From Pseudomonadota bacterium (GTDB taxonomy: Bacteria > Desulfobacterota > Desulfobacteria > Desulfobacterales > JBDRRP01): a DNA stretch of 64,000 nt. Shown piece after piece: positions 18,594-26,999 of the stretch. Numbering within the stretch: the stretch's first letter is position 1; each line of letters opens with the position of its first letter. The stretch lies in assembly GCA_043825735.1 (NCBI GenBank), contig JBDRRP010000009.1:62001-126000 (forward strand), written 5' to 3'. The translations under genes and the position numbers were made by a program. The notes beneath the pieces are model-generated. The model did no database searches, was not told the origin of the DNA, and saw only the letters and a program-made list of their open reading frames with translations.

Positions 18594-19438
18594 GGCTGGC
18601 TTTCCTCTGTCCCCGAAGCCATGAGCCCGGCGATGAGGGCACCCAGCGGTGCCGCACTCCGGTCGGCCACGGCGAGAACGTCCTCCAGGGTGGTCGGGGC
18701 GGGGCGGTCCGGGTTGTGGATATTGGTGATGAGCGAGAGCCCAAGGACCTGCATCCCGGCATGAACCGCCGCGAGGGTCTCCATGACTGTGGAAAACCCC
18801 ACGGCGTCTGCGCCGATGCGCCGCAGGTACCGGGTTTCCGCCGGGGTTTCCAGAGACGGGCCGGTGAGGCCGGCATACACTCCCCGCTGCACGCGAAGTC
18901 CGGCGTTTGCAGCCCCGGCCGCAGCACGCGCGATCCATTCTGGCGCGTAGGCCCGGCTCATGTCGGGAAATCGGGGGCCCCAGCTGTCCTCGTTGGCTCC
19001 GGTCAGCGGGTTTTTCCCGGTGAGGTTGATGTGGTCGGTAATGATCATCAGATCGCCGGCTGAAAAATCCGGATTGAGCCCGCCGGCGGCATTGGTGAGG
19101 ATCAGGCGCTTGACGCCGAGCGCCTGAAGGACGCGGACGGGGAAGGCGACCGCTTCCGGAGGATAGCCTTCATAGAGGTGACAGCGGCCCCTGCAGACCC
19201 ACAACGGCTGGCCGGACAGGACGCCGGCCAGAAGCTCGCCCCGGTGGCTTGGACCGGTGGCCCGGGGAAAATGCGGCAGGTCCAGGTAAGACCAGCGGTG
19301 CGCGACGGTCATGGCCTCCGCGATATCACCGAGACCCGTTCCAGTGAACAGCGCCGTTCGGGGTGGGCGAGCCACGGTTTCAATGAGCACGGCGGCGGCC
19401 GCTTCAGCCTCGTTTTTGCCGTATCGTCGGGGATCCAT
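18590..19438 (-). CDS. punA: Purine nucleoside phosphorylase (trimeric, 6-oxopurine type)
   Basis: GRCHLYEG, LTNAAGGLN, DHINLTG.NPL, GPRFPDMS, GPSLETPAE, GFSTVME and ITN motifs. Confidence 0.9.
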   Translation of the reverse strand: MDPRRYGKNEAEAAAAVLIETVARPPRTALFTGTGLGDIAEAMTVAHRWSYLDLPHFPRATGPSHRGELLAGVLSGQPLWVCRGRCHLYEGYPPEAVAFPVRVLQALGVKRLILTNAAGGLNPDFSAGDLMIITDHINLTGKNPLTGANEDSWGPRFPDMSRAYAPEWIARAAAGAANAGLRVQRGVYAGLTGPSLETPAETRYLRRIGADAVGFSTVMETLAAVHAGMQVLGLSLITNIHNPDRPAPTTLEDVLAVADRSAAPLGALIAGLMASGTEESQP

Positions 19439-19715
19439 GGCGAGGTCCTTGCTGCGGCCGGATGCACCGGCAACGCGGTGTCAGGCGCCGGGGAGCGCAC
19501 TCAGCGCGATGGCCTGCCGGGCAGGCCATCGCGCCTCAGGAAATAATCGGTTTTTCAGCGGGCCATCATAGACCCAACCTTGGGGTGCGTCAAGGCTGCC
19601 TCACGGCGCACGATGCATTGACATTATTAGGTATATATGAAATGTTGCCCCCCGTATCGGTGCCGCCGGAGTGTGGCGGCGGAGCCCAATTCCCCGGTAA
19701 TGGAGATTGACGGAA

Positions 19716-20210
19716 ATGACTGTGGCCGCTGTGAAGGAACACCCGGATATTTCGGAAGAGATGTGGCATCAAATCGACGCCGTGATTGACCGCTATCGAA
19801 AGCTTCCCGGCTCGGTGATCGCCGCTTTGAGAGAATGTCAGAATATCGTGGGATACCTTCCCGTGGCCCTCATCGACGCCATCAGTGCCGGCCTGAATCT
19901 GCCCAAAAGCGATGTCTACGGCGTGGCCTCTTTTTACTCCCTGTTTTCGTTCACCCCCAAAGGGCGGCATACGATTCGCATCTGCCTGGGAACGGCCTGC
20001 TACGTCAAGGGGGTGAAGGAAGTTTTGGCACGGATCACCAATTCCTACGGTCTGGCGGAAGGCGATACTTCCGAAGACCGCCGCTTTTCCCTGGAAGGTG
20101 TCAGGTGTCTTGGTGCCTGCGGCCTGGCACCGGTCATGGTGGTCGGCGAAGACACCCATGGCGACATTTCTTCGGACAAGGTGATCGATATTCTGGACCA
20201 GTATGTTTAA
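19716..20210 (+). CDS. NuoE/HydC/HndA-like [2Fe-2S] subunit
   Basis: VASFYSLF, ICLGTACYVKG and VRCLGACGLAPV thioredoxin-like 2Fe-2S motifs. Confidence 0.93.
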   Translation: MTVAAVKEHPDISEEMWHQIDAVIDRYRKLPGSVIAALRECQNIVGYLPVALIDAISAGLNLPKSDVYGVASFYSLFSFTPKGRHTIRICLGTACYVKGVKEVLARITNSYGLAEGDTSEDRRFSLEGVRCLGACGLAPVMVVGEDTHGDISSDKVIDILDQYV

Positions 20211-20387
20211 ATTGACCGCCTGCGGCGCAATCGACCGCTTAACGGCGACCGGTATGCCGAGGGCGCTGGTTGCCGCCAGCAGCGCACCGTTTCGTTGCGG
20301 TGCTTTGCAAACCGCCGGATTGCAAAGCGAAAATCAAGAAGGTGCCCTACCGCATGTTCTCCCAACCCAATAGGTAGGCGGATAGAA

Positions 20388-20741
20388 ATGAAGATATACG
20401 AAATACGCGATATCCTGAAAGCGGAAGTGCTGGCAGGCAAAGAGCATCTCGATCGCACGGTGGTGGGCGGCGGTGGCGCCGATCTCATGGGAGACGTGCT
20501 CTCAGCCGTTGCCGAAGGCGCCGTGCTCCTGACCGGCCTTCTGGATGAATCCGTGCTGCGTACCACCAAGATCGCCGGTGTCGCCTGCATCGTTTTCGTC
20601 CGGGGCAAGAAACCCAATGCCGATTTTCTCCAGCAGGCCCAATCTTTCGGTCTGCCCGTGCTGAGCACCCGGTACTCGTTGTTTGTCGCCAGCGGACGGT
20701 TGTACATGAATGGTCTCAGGGGCCTGGACGGTTCCTGGTAA
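20388..20741 (+). CDS. Small DRTGG-domain protein
   Basis: MKIYEIRDILKA start; ADLMGDVL, LLTGL, IVFVRGK and SGRLY motifs of the stand-alone DRTGG family. Confidence 0.85.
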   Translation: MKIYEIRDILKAEVLAGKEHLDRTVVGGGGADLMGDVLSAVAEGAVLLTGLLDESVLRTTKIAGVACIVFVRGKKPNADFLQQAQSFGLPVLSTRYSLFVASGRLYMNGLRGLDGSW

Positions 20742-20759
20742 CGGAAACGGAGTGATGCG

Positions 20760-22607
20760 ATGCCGAAACTGACCTCAACTGATCTTGAAGGGATCCGGAC
20801 CGCCGCCGCTGCGCGCCTGAGTGATTCCGGTGCCCGTCACCTGCTTATTTGCGGTGGCACCGGCTGCCACGCTACCGGCAGCCTCAAGGTTAAAGACGCC
20901 CTTATCGCCGAATTGGAAAGCAAAGGCCTCACGGCATCGTGCCTCGTGGTCGAAACCGGGTGCAACGGGTTTTGTGCCATGGGCCCGATCATGGTGGTTC
21001 ATCCCGACGGCGTTTTTTATCAGAAACTCTCCGTGGCCGATATGCCCGAGCTGGTGGAATCCCATTTCGTGGGCGGCAAGCCGGTGGAACGCCTGCTCTA
21101 CAAGGACCCTGTTTCAAAAAAACGCATCCCCAAACAGGAAGACATTCCCTTTTTCGCCCACCAGATGCCACGGGCACTGCGCAACAAGGGGGTCATCAAT
21201 CCCGAATCCATCGACGACTACATCGGCCGTGACGGATATCGCGGTGCGCTCAAGGCCCTGACGGAGATCTCCGCCGAGCAGGTCATCGAGGAGATGAAGA
21301 TCAGCGGTCTCAGGGGACGCGGCGGCGCCGGATTTCCTACCGGACTCAAATGGGCTTTTGCCCGGGGAAGCAAGGATCCGGTCAAGTATGTCCTGTGCAA
21401 TGCCGACGAAGGTGATCCCGGGGCGTTCATGGACCGCAGCATTCTTGAAGCCGACCCCCATGCCGTTGTGGAAGGCATGGTCATCGCCGCCAAAGCCATC
21501 GACGCCACCAAGGGGTATATCTACGCACGCACCGAATATCCGCTGGCCATCCGCCGTCTGGAGATCGCCATCGCCCAGGCAACCGCATACGGGCTTCTGG
21601 GTGAGGACATTTTCGGATCCGGTTTCGATTTCACTCTGGAGATCTACCAGGGGGCCGGCGCGTTCGTCTGCGGCGAGGAGACGGCACTGATGCGCTCCAT
21701 CGAGGGCAAGCGGGGCATGCCCCGCCCCCGGCCGCCGTTTCCGGCGCACAAAGGCCTGTGGGAAAGACCCACCATTCTCAACAATGTGGAAACCTTCGCC
21801 AACGTGCCCCAGATCATTCTCAACGGCGGCGCCTGGTATGCCAGCGTGGGGACGGAGACCAGCAAGGGGACCAAGGTGTTCGCCATTTCCGGCGATGTGA
21901 ACAACATCGGTCTTGTGGAAGTGCCCATGGGCACGAGCCTTCGCAAGATCATTTATGATATCGGCGGCGGCATTCCCAAGAAACGAAAATTCAAGGCCGT
22001 GCAGTTGGGCGGCCCTTCCGGCGGGTGCGTTCCCGAGCAGCATCTGGACACCCCGGTGGATTACGAAGAGATCGCCAAGGTCGGCGCCATCATGGGCTCG
22101 GGCGGGGTCATCGTCATGGACGACCGCACCTGCATGGTGGACATGGCCCGGTTTTTCATGGATTTCATCCAGGACGAATCCTGCGGCAAGTGCACCCCCT
22201 GCCGGGAAGGCACCCGGCGCCTGCTGGAGCTTTTGGTGAAGATCTGCGACGGCAAGGGCGAGATGGAAGACATCGACGCCTTGGAAGCCCTGTCGCCCAT
22301 CATCAAGGAAACCTCCCTGTGCGGTCTGGGCCAGACGGCGCCAAACCCGGTGCTCTCGACCTTGCGTTATTTCCGGGACGAATACATCGCTCATATTACG
22401 GAAAAACGCTGCCCGGCCAAGCGCTGCGCGGCCTTGCTCAAATTTACCGTAGACCCGGAGAAATGCACGGCCTGCGGGGCATGCGCCAAGGCCTGCCCCG
22501 TGGAAGCCATCAGCTGGCAGAAGAAAACACCGGCGGCCATCGATCTGGAAAAGTGCATCCAGTGCATGACGTGTTTTGAGAAATGCAAATTTGACGCTAT
22601 TTTTTAA
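20760..22607 (+). CDS. NuoF/HydB-like FMN/NADH-binding Fe-S subunit with bifurcating-type architecture
   Basis: N-terminal CGGTGC...GCNGFC 2Fe-2S; GRGGAGFPTG, CNADEGDPGAFMDRS, GGPSGG and ESCGKCTPCREG; TCMVD..AHI..RCPAKRC site; two C-terminal 4Fe-4S motifs. Confidence 0.95.
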   Translation: MPKLTSTDLEGIRTAAAARLSDSGARHLLICGGTGCHATGSLKVKDALIAELESKGLTASCLVVETGCNGFCAMGPIMVVHPDGVFYQKLSVADMPELVESHFVGGKPVERLLYKDPVSKKRIPKQEDIPFFAHQMPRALRNKGVINPESIDDYIGRDGYRGALKALTEISAEQVIEEMKISGLRGRGGAGFPTGLKWAFARGSKDPVKYVLCNADEGDPGAFMDRSILEADPHAVVEGMVIAAKAIDATKGYIYARTEYPLAIRRLEIAIAQATAYGLLGEDIFGSGFDFTLEIYQGAGAFVCGEETALMRSIEGKRGMPRPRPPFPAHKGLWERPTILNNVETFANVPQIILNGGAWYASVGTETSKGTKVFAISGDVNNIGLVEVPMGTSLRKIIYDIGGGIPKKRKFKAVQLGGPSGGCVPEQHLDTPVDYEEIAKVGAIMGSGGVIVMDDRTCMVDMARFFMDFIQDESCGKCTPCREGTRRLLELLVKICDGKGEMEDIDALEALSPIIKETSLCGLGQTAPNPVLSTLRYFRDEYIAHITEKRCPAKRCAALLKFTVDPEKCTACGACAKACPVEAISWQKKTPAAIDLEKCIQCMTCFEKCKFDAIF

Positions 22608-22627
22608 ATGACCAGGAGCGAAACCCG

Positions 22628-24700
22628 ATGATGACAGCCGTTGTACTGATGGGAACCCTGGGGGTGCTGGTAGGCATCTGTCTGGCCGCGGCATCCAAGA
22701 TTTTTTATGTGTGGGTCGATCCGAAGATCGAAGCGGTGGAGGCGGCGCTGCCGGGTGCCAACTGCGGCGGCTGCGGCATGCCCGGGTGCTCGGCCAACGC
22801 CGAAGCCATTGTGACCGGAAAGGCCGCACCCAACTCCTGTGTGGCTGCCGGTGACGATGTCGCCGAAGCCATTGCCGCCATCCTGGGGGTGTCCGTGGAG
22901 GCCAAAGAGCCGGACATCGCCAGGCCCGGATGCACTTACGGCGTCCAGTCGGCCGACACCAAATTCCTCTACGACGGCGTGAGCGACTGCCGCGCCGCGG
23001 CCGTGCTCGGCGGCGGGATGAAAGTGTGCACCATTGGGTGCCTCGGACTGGGAAGCTGTGAAAAAGCCTGTCCCTTCGGCGCCATTTCCATGGGCGCCGA
23101 CGGCCTGCCGGTGGTGAGCGAGGCCTTGTGTACGGGATGCGGCACCTGCGAGCGGGTTTGCCCGAAGCATATCATCACCCTGTCCTCGGTCACCCGTCGC
23201 ATCCTCCGGGAATACACCATCGAAGAATGCACCACTCCCTGCCAGCGGGCCTGCCCCGCAGGGATCAACATCAGCGAGTACATCCGGCAGGTCGGACTGG
23301 GCGACCACCTCAAAGCGGTTCAGGTCATCAAGGAGCGAAATCCGTTCCCGGCCGTGATCGGCCGCATCTGCCCGCGCCCCTGCGAGGAGGCCTGCCGGCG
23401 CAAATACGTGGACGAGCCGGTAGCCATCAACTACCTCAAACGTTTTGCCGCCGATTTCGAGCGCTCCGGCGGCCAGCGGGTCCAGCCATACTGCGCGCCG
23501 GCCACCGGACGCCGGGTGGCCATCGTGGGCGGCGGGGTGGAAGGGCTGTCAACGGCCTTTTTCAGCGCGCGGCTCGGGCACGCGGTGACGGTATATGAGG
23601 CTGCGGACACGCTCGGCGGCCTGCTGAGAACCGCCATTGCCCGGGAACGGCTGCCCATGGACGTGCTTGACTGGGACATCGGCGGCATTCTGGACCTGGG
23701 GGTTACGGCCGAGACTGGAAAGAAATTAGGGCGGGACGTCACCATCGCGGGTCTACTGGCGGACGGCCATGAAGCGGTATTTCTGGCCGGCGGCGGCTGG
23801 GACAGCAGGCTGGCGCGCGGCGCCGTCGGGGCGGTGGATGACACGGTGCCGGGAACGTACCTGCTCATGGACTACCTGCGCAGCCACCAGCACCATGATG
23901 CAGGACTGCCCACCGCACGCAGCGTGGTGATTGCCGCTCCGGCCGCAGCGGGCATTGCCGCAGCACGCCAGTGCCGGGCCAACGGCGCCGAGACGGTGAC
24001 CGTGGTGGCGCGGGCCGCCGAGCAGGCCGGCGGTGTCGATGCCGACACCCTGGCAGCCGCTGAAGCCGACGGCATCCGATGCTGCTTTGGCGCCGCCGTC
24101 AACCGGCTCTCCGGCAGCGGCAACCGGCTGGCGGGCCTGGACATTGTCCACCTGTCTGACGGTCGGATCGAAACCGTGGCGGCCCAGATGCTGCTCTTAG
24201 CGGCCGGTCGCATGCCGGAACTGGTTTTCCGGGCACCGCGCCCGAGCGGCGAATCGGTGGAAACGGTCAGCGGCAATTGGGAGGGGATCACTCCCTACAA
24301 GCCGCCGGCCTTTGCCGCGGATACCGGTCTTTTCGGGCCCGGTGATGTCATGACCGATTTCAGCGGCGCCATCCGCGCCATTGCCGCTGGTCGGCGTGCG
24401 GCCGCTTCGCTCCACCGCCTGATTTACGATATCGGTCTGGGCCTTGGCGAACTGGTGGTGACAGACGAGTCCCAGATTCAAAATGTCAGTGCGGTGCATC
24501 ATGTCGCCAAAAACGCCCGTCGGGTCATGCCGCTGCGCGGTGCTGCCGAAACGATGCAGGGCAAAGAAATTGAAGCCGGGTATTCTCCGGAGGCAGCGCT
24601 TGCGGAGGCGCATCGGTGCCTTCAGTGCGGACTGATCTGCTACAGCCGTGAATCCGGGGCGACCGAGTTCACCGGTGACACCAGCCGCAGCGCCGCATAA
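22628..24700 (+). CDS. rnfB: RnfB-like membrane-anchored polyferredoxin fused to a GltD-like FAD oxidoreductase
   Basis: N-terminal TM helix; LPGANCGGCGMPGC, CTIGCLGLGSCEKACP and CTGCGTCERVCP; then PCQRACP..GRICPRPCEEACRR, VAIVGGG and C-terminal EAHRCLQCG. Confidence 0.88.
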   Translation: MMTAVVLMGTLGVLVGICLAAASKIFYVWVDPKIEAVEAALPGANCGGCGMPGCSANAEAIVTGKAAPNSCVAAGDDVAEAIAAILGVSVEAKEPDIARPGCTYGVQSADTKFLYDGVSDCRAAAVLGGGMKVCTIGCLGLGSCEKACPFGAISMGADGLPVVSEALCTGCGTCERVCPKHIITLSSVTRRILREYTIEECTTPCQRACPAGINISEYIRQVGLGDHLKAVQVIKERNPFPAVIGRICPRPCEEACRRKYVDEPVAINYLKRFAADFERSGGQRVQPYCAPATGRRVAIVGGGVEGLSTAFFSARLGHAVTVYEAADTLGGLLRTAIARERLPMDVLDWDIGGILDLGVTAETGKKLGRDVTIAGLLADGHEAVFLAGGGWDSRLARGAVGAVDDTVPGTYLLMDYLRSHQHHDAGLPTARSVVIAAPAAAGIAAARQCRANGAETVTVVARAAEQAGGVDADTLAAAEADGIRCCFGAAVNRLSGSGNRLAGLDIVHLSDGRIETVAAQMLLLAAGRMPELVFRAPRPSGESVETVSGNWEGITPYKPPAFAADTGLFGPGDVMTDFSGAIRAIAAGRRAAASLHRLIYDIGLGLGELVVTDESQIQNVSAVHHVAKNARRVMPLRGAAETMQGKEIEAGYSPEAALAEAHRCLQCGLICYSRESGATEFTGDTSRSAA

Positions 24701-24776
24701 CCCGGTGTCCGGGGGGCAACTGTGATCGCCAATGGCCATCGCGCGTTGACGACGACGCGTTGATGGCCATCTTGTT

Positions 24777-24911
24777 TGATAGCCTTGTAAAAAGTGATTT
24801 CGAACCACAGAGGCCGCAGAGGACCGCAGAGAATATTAGGAATAATTAATAAGTTATCTCTGCGCTCTCTGCGTTCTCTGTGGTGATTTGAGACTTTGTA
24901 CGAGTTTGTCT
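24777..24911. repeat. 135 bp palindromic intergenic repeat, family C copy 3
   Basis: TGATAGCCTTGTAAAAAGTGATTTCGAACCACAGAG ... CTCTGTGGTGATTTGAGACTTTGTACGAGTTTGTC. Confidence 0.92.
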
Positions 24912-24949
24912 TATTTGTTGCCCGGCCACAGATGAAAGGAAACACCCGC

Positions 24950-25390
24950 ATGGCGGTTGAACAAGGCATCGTCACCGAAGTGGCGCCAGGGACAGCCTGG
25001 GTCATGACATCACGAAGCGCTTCCTGCGAAGGGTGCGCCTCCAAGGGCTCGTGTATGAGCAAGGGCACCGACATGATCGTCAAGACCCTCAACGCCGCCA
25101 ATGCCAAGGTGGGAGATCGGGTCGTGGTCAGCATCAAGACCGGCGCGTTTTTGCGGGCCACTTTCCTGATCTATATGTTCCCCATCATTTGTCTTCTGGT
25201 GGGCGTCATGATCGGTCATGCGGCTGCCGTGCATCTGGGCGTGGACCCAACCACCCTTTCGGCAATGCTCGGTATGGGAAGCCTTGCCGCAGCATTGATC
25301 GTGGTGAAGCGAAATGCCGGACGCATGGCCGCCGATGACGCCTACCAGCCCAAAACCGTCCGCATCATCGGCCGTTCCGCCATCTTGTAA
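24950..25390 (+). CDS. rseC: RseC/MucC-family (SoxR-reducing system) membrane protein
   Basis: EQGIV, SASCEGCASKGSC, AKVGDRV and FLIYMFP followed by two TM helices; AAGGA RBS. Confidence 0.85.
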   Translation: MAVEQGIVTEVAPGTAWVMTSRSASCEGCASKGSCMSKGTDMIVKTLNAANAKVGDRVVVSIKTGAFLRATFLIYMFPIICLLVGVMIGHAAAVHLGVDPTTLSAMLGMGSLAAALIVVKRNAGRMAADDAYQPKTVRIIGRSAIL

Positions 25391-25491
25391 GGCCGCTGCT
25401 TCCGCATGGCTGAGGCGTCCACGGCGGGGTGAAGACATTCAATTCGCAGATAAATCCGTTGGACGATGGCCTTTTCCCTGAGAGACCGCTG

Positions 25492-26007
25492 ATGTCCGAG
25501 CCTTTCCATCGTGCCTGTTTTTTCGACAGTGGCATCCGGTTCCGCTGCCGGCAGTGCGGCCGGTGCTGCACCGGCGCTCCCGGGATCATTCGCGTTTCCG
25601 CGGCAGAGGCGGCTGCCATCGCTGCCGCCCTGGCAATGGATGAGAGGCAATTTGTCCGGACCTGCCTGCAACCGATTGCCGGGTCGCTCAGCATCCGGGA
25701 GCATGCCGACGGTCGGTGCCTTTTTTACGAAAACGGCTGCCGCATCTACCCCCAGCGGCCGCGCCAGTGCCGCACGTATCCGTTCTGGCTGAGCAACCTG
25801 CGCTCGACGGCGCGCTGGCAGGAGACGCTGGCGGCGTGCCCCGGAATCGGCAGCGGATCGCTGTTTACCCGGGAGGCCATTTTGACGCATCTTCACGCAG
25901 AAATGGCCGATCTGCCCGATGCGTTTCAGGGCGCGGCCGGTGCATCCGAAGGGGACAGCGAGACCACGGTGGCGCCCCAGCCGCCGGCCGGGGGCGGCGC
26001 CGGATAA
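25492..26007 (+). CDS. YkgJ-family cysteine-cluster protein
   Basis: FRCRQCGRCC, CLFY..GCRIY..RPRQCRTYPFW and CPGIG motifs. Confidence 0.88.
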   Translation: MSEPFHRACFFDSGIRFRCRQCGRCCTGAPGIIRVSAAEAAAIAAALAMDERQFVRTCLQPIAGSLSIREHADGRCLFYENGCRIYPQRPRQCRTYPFWLSNLRSTARWQETLAACPGIGSGSLFTREAILTHLHAEMADLPDAFQGAAGASEGDSETTVAPQPPAGGGAG

Positions 26008-26219
26008 AAGCCGCCGACGAGGGGATGGCGTGCCAGCAGGGTATGGACCCGTCGGCGCAGGAGTCCGGCGCCTTTCCCGTGGATGATGCGCACCGAGAGG
26101 ATGCCGGCCGAGATGCATTCCCGGAAATAGTCATCCAGCAGATCGGCCACCTCGGCCGGCCTGAACTGGTGAAGATCGAGGACGTCGGTGATGGGAATAT
26201 GAATCGGTTCCATTGTCAT
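25926..26219 (-). CDS. Stand-alone Smr domain protein
   Basis: LDLHQF, VRIIHGKGAG.LR and GGWGATVV Smr motifs. Confidence 0.88.
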   Translation of the reverse strand: MTMEPIHIPITDVLDLHQFRPAEVADLLDDYFRECISAGILSVRIIHGKGAGLLRRRVHTLLARHPLVGGFYPAPPPAGGWGATVVSLSPSDAPAAP

Positions 26220-26238
26220 TTATAGAAGGGCGCTTGCT

Positions 26239-26844
26239 GTGGACATGATTGCCGTAGCCTATCTGCTCGGGTCTTACCTGATCGGGGCGATCCCTTTCGG
26301 ACTCCTCATTGCCTGGGCCTTCATCGGCGCCGATATTCGGCGCAGGGGCAGCGGCAACATCGGGGCCACCAACGTGCGCCGGGTGGCCGGCAATTTTGCC
26401 GGGGTCGTGACGCTGGCGGGCGATGTGGCCAAAGGCGCCATTCCCGTCGCAGTGGCCATGGCGCATGACGGGCTGGCCGTCCACTGGGGCGGTGCCTATC
26501 CCGCGGTGGTCGCCCTGGCGGCATTTATCGGCCATCTCTATCCCGTGTACCTGGAATTCAAGGGTGGCAAAGGCGTGGCCACGGCCGCCGGCGGCATCGG
26601 TGTGCTGGCGCCCCTGGCCGTGCTGGCGGCGCTGGTGGTATTTATTGCCATCGTTGCCTTGGGGCGCCGGGTCTCCGCCGGCTCCATGGCTGCGGCCGTC
26701 ACCATGCCGGCGGTTGCTTTTTTTATCGGTCTGCCCTTGACCTCGGTGGCCGTAATGGCCGTCATGTCCCTTTTGATCGTCTTTCGTCACAAAGACAACA
26801 TCCGGCGCCTTCTGGACGGCAGCGAGCCGCGCATCGGTCGCTGA
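26239..26844 (+). CDS. plsY: Glycerol-3-phosphate acyltransferase PlsY
   Basis: YLIGAIPFG, GSGNIGATNV.R, DVAKG, GHLYP, FKGGKGVAT and HKDNIRRL motifs. Confidence 0.96.
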   Translation: MDMIAVAYLLGSYLIGAIPFGLLIAWAFIGADIRRRGSGNIGATNVRRVAGNFAGVVTLAGDVAKGAIPVAVAMAHDGLAVHWGGAYPAVVALAAFIGHLYPVYLEFKGGKGVATAAGGIGVLAPLAVLAALVVFIAIVALGRRVSAGSMAAAVTMPAVAFFIGLPLTSVAVMAVMSLLIVFRHKDNIRRLLDGSEPRIGR

Positions 26845-26887
26845 ATGGTGCGTGTCCAGGACTCATCGATGCACAGAAACAATATTT

Positions 26888-26914
26888 ACCACGAAGTTCA
26901 CGAAGGACACGAAG
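26888..26914. repeat. Isolated left arm of a family A repeat
   Basis: ACCACGAAGTTCACGAAGGACACGAAG between convergent plsY and ispH. Confidence 0.8.
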
Positions 26915-26999
26915 AAAAACAAATTGATGATAGCGTGTTGCGTATTGAGCCTTACACTGGGCTCGCTTGGCCGTCCGGCCCCTTGAACCCTCGGCGTTG

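Noticed and set aside
19716..24700. [FeFe]-hydrogenase or complex I operon, or a selenocysteine-containing subunit
   Set aside because: No H-cluster motifs, no nuoA-D or nuoG-N genes, and no in-frame TGA in these ORFs.
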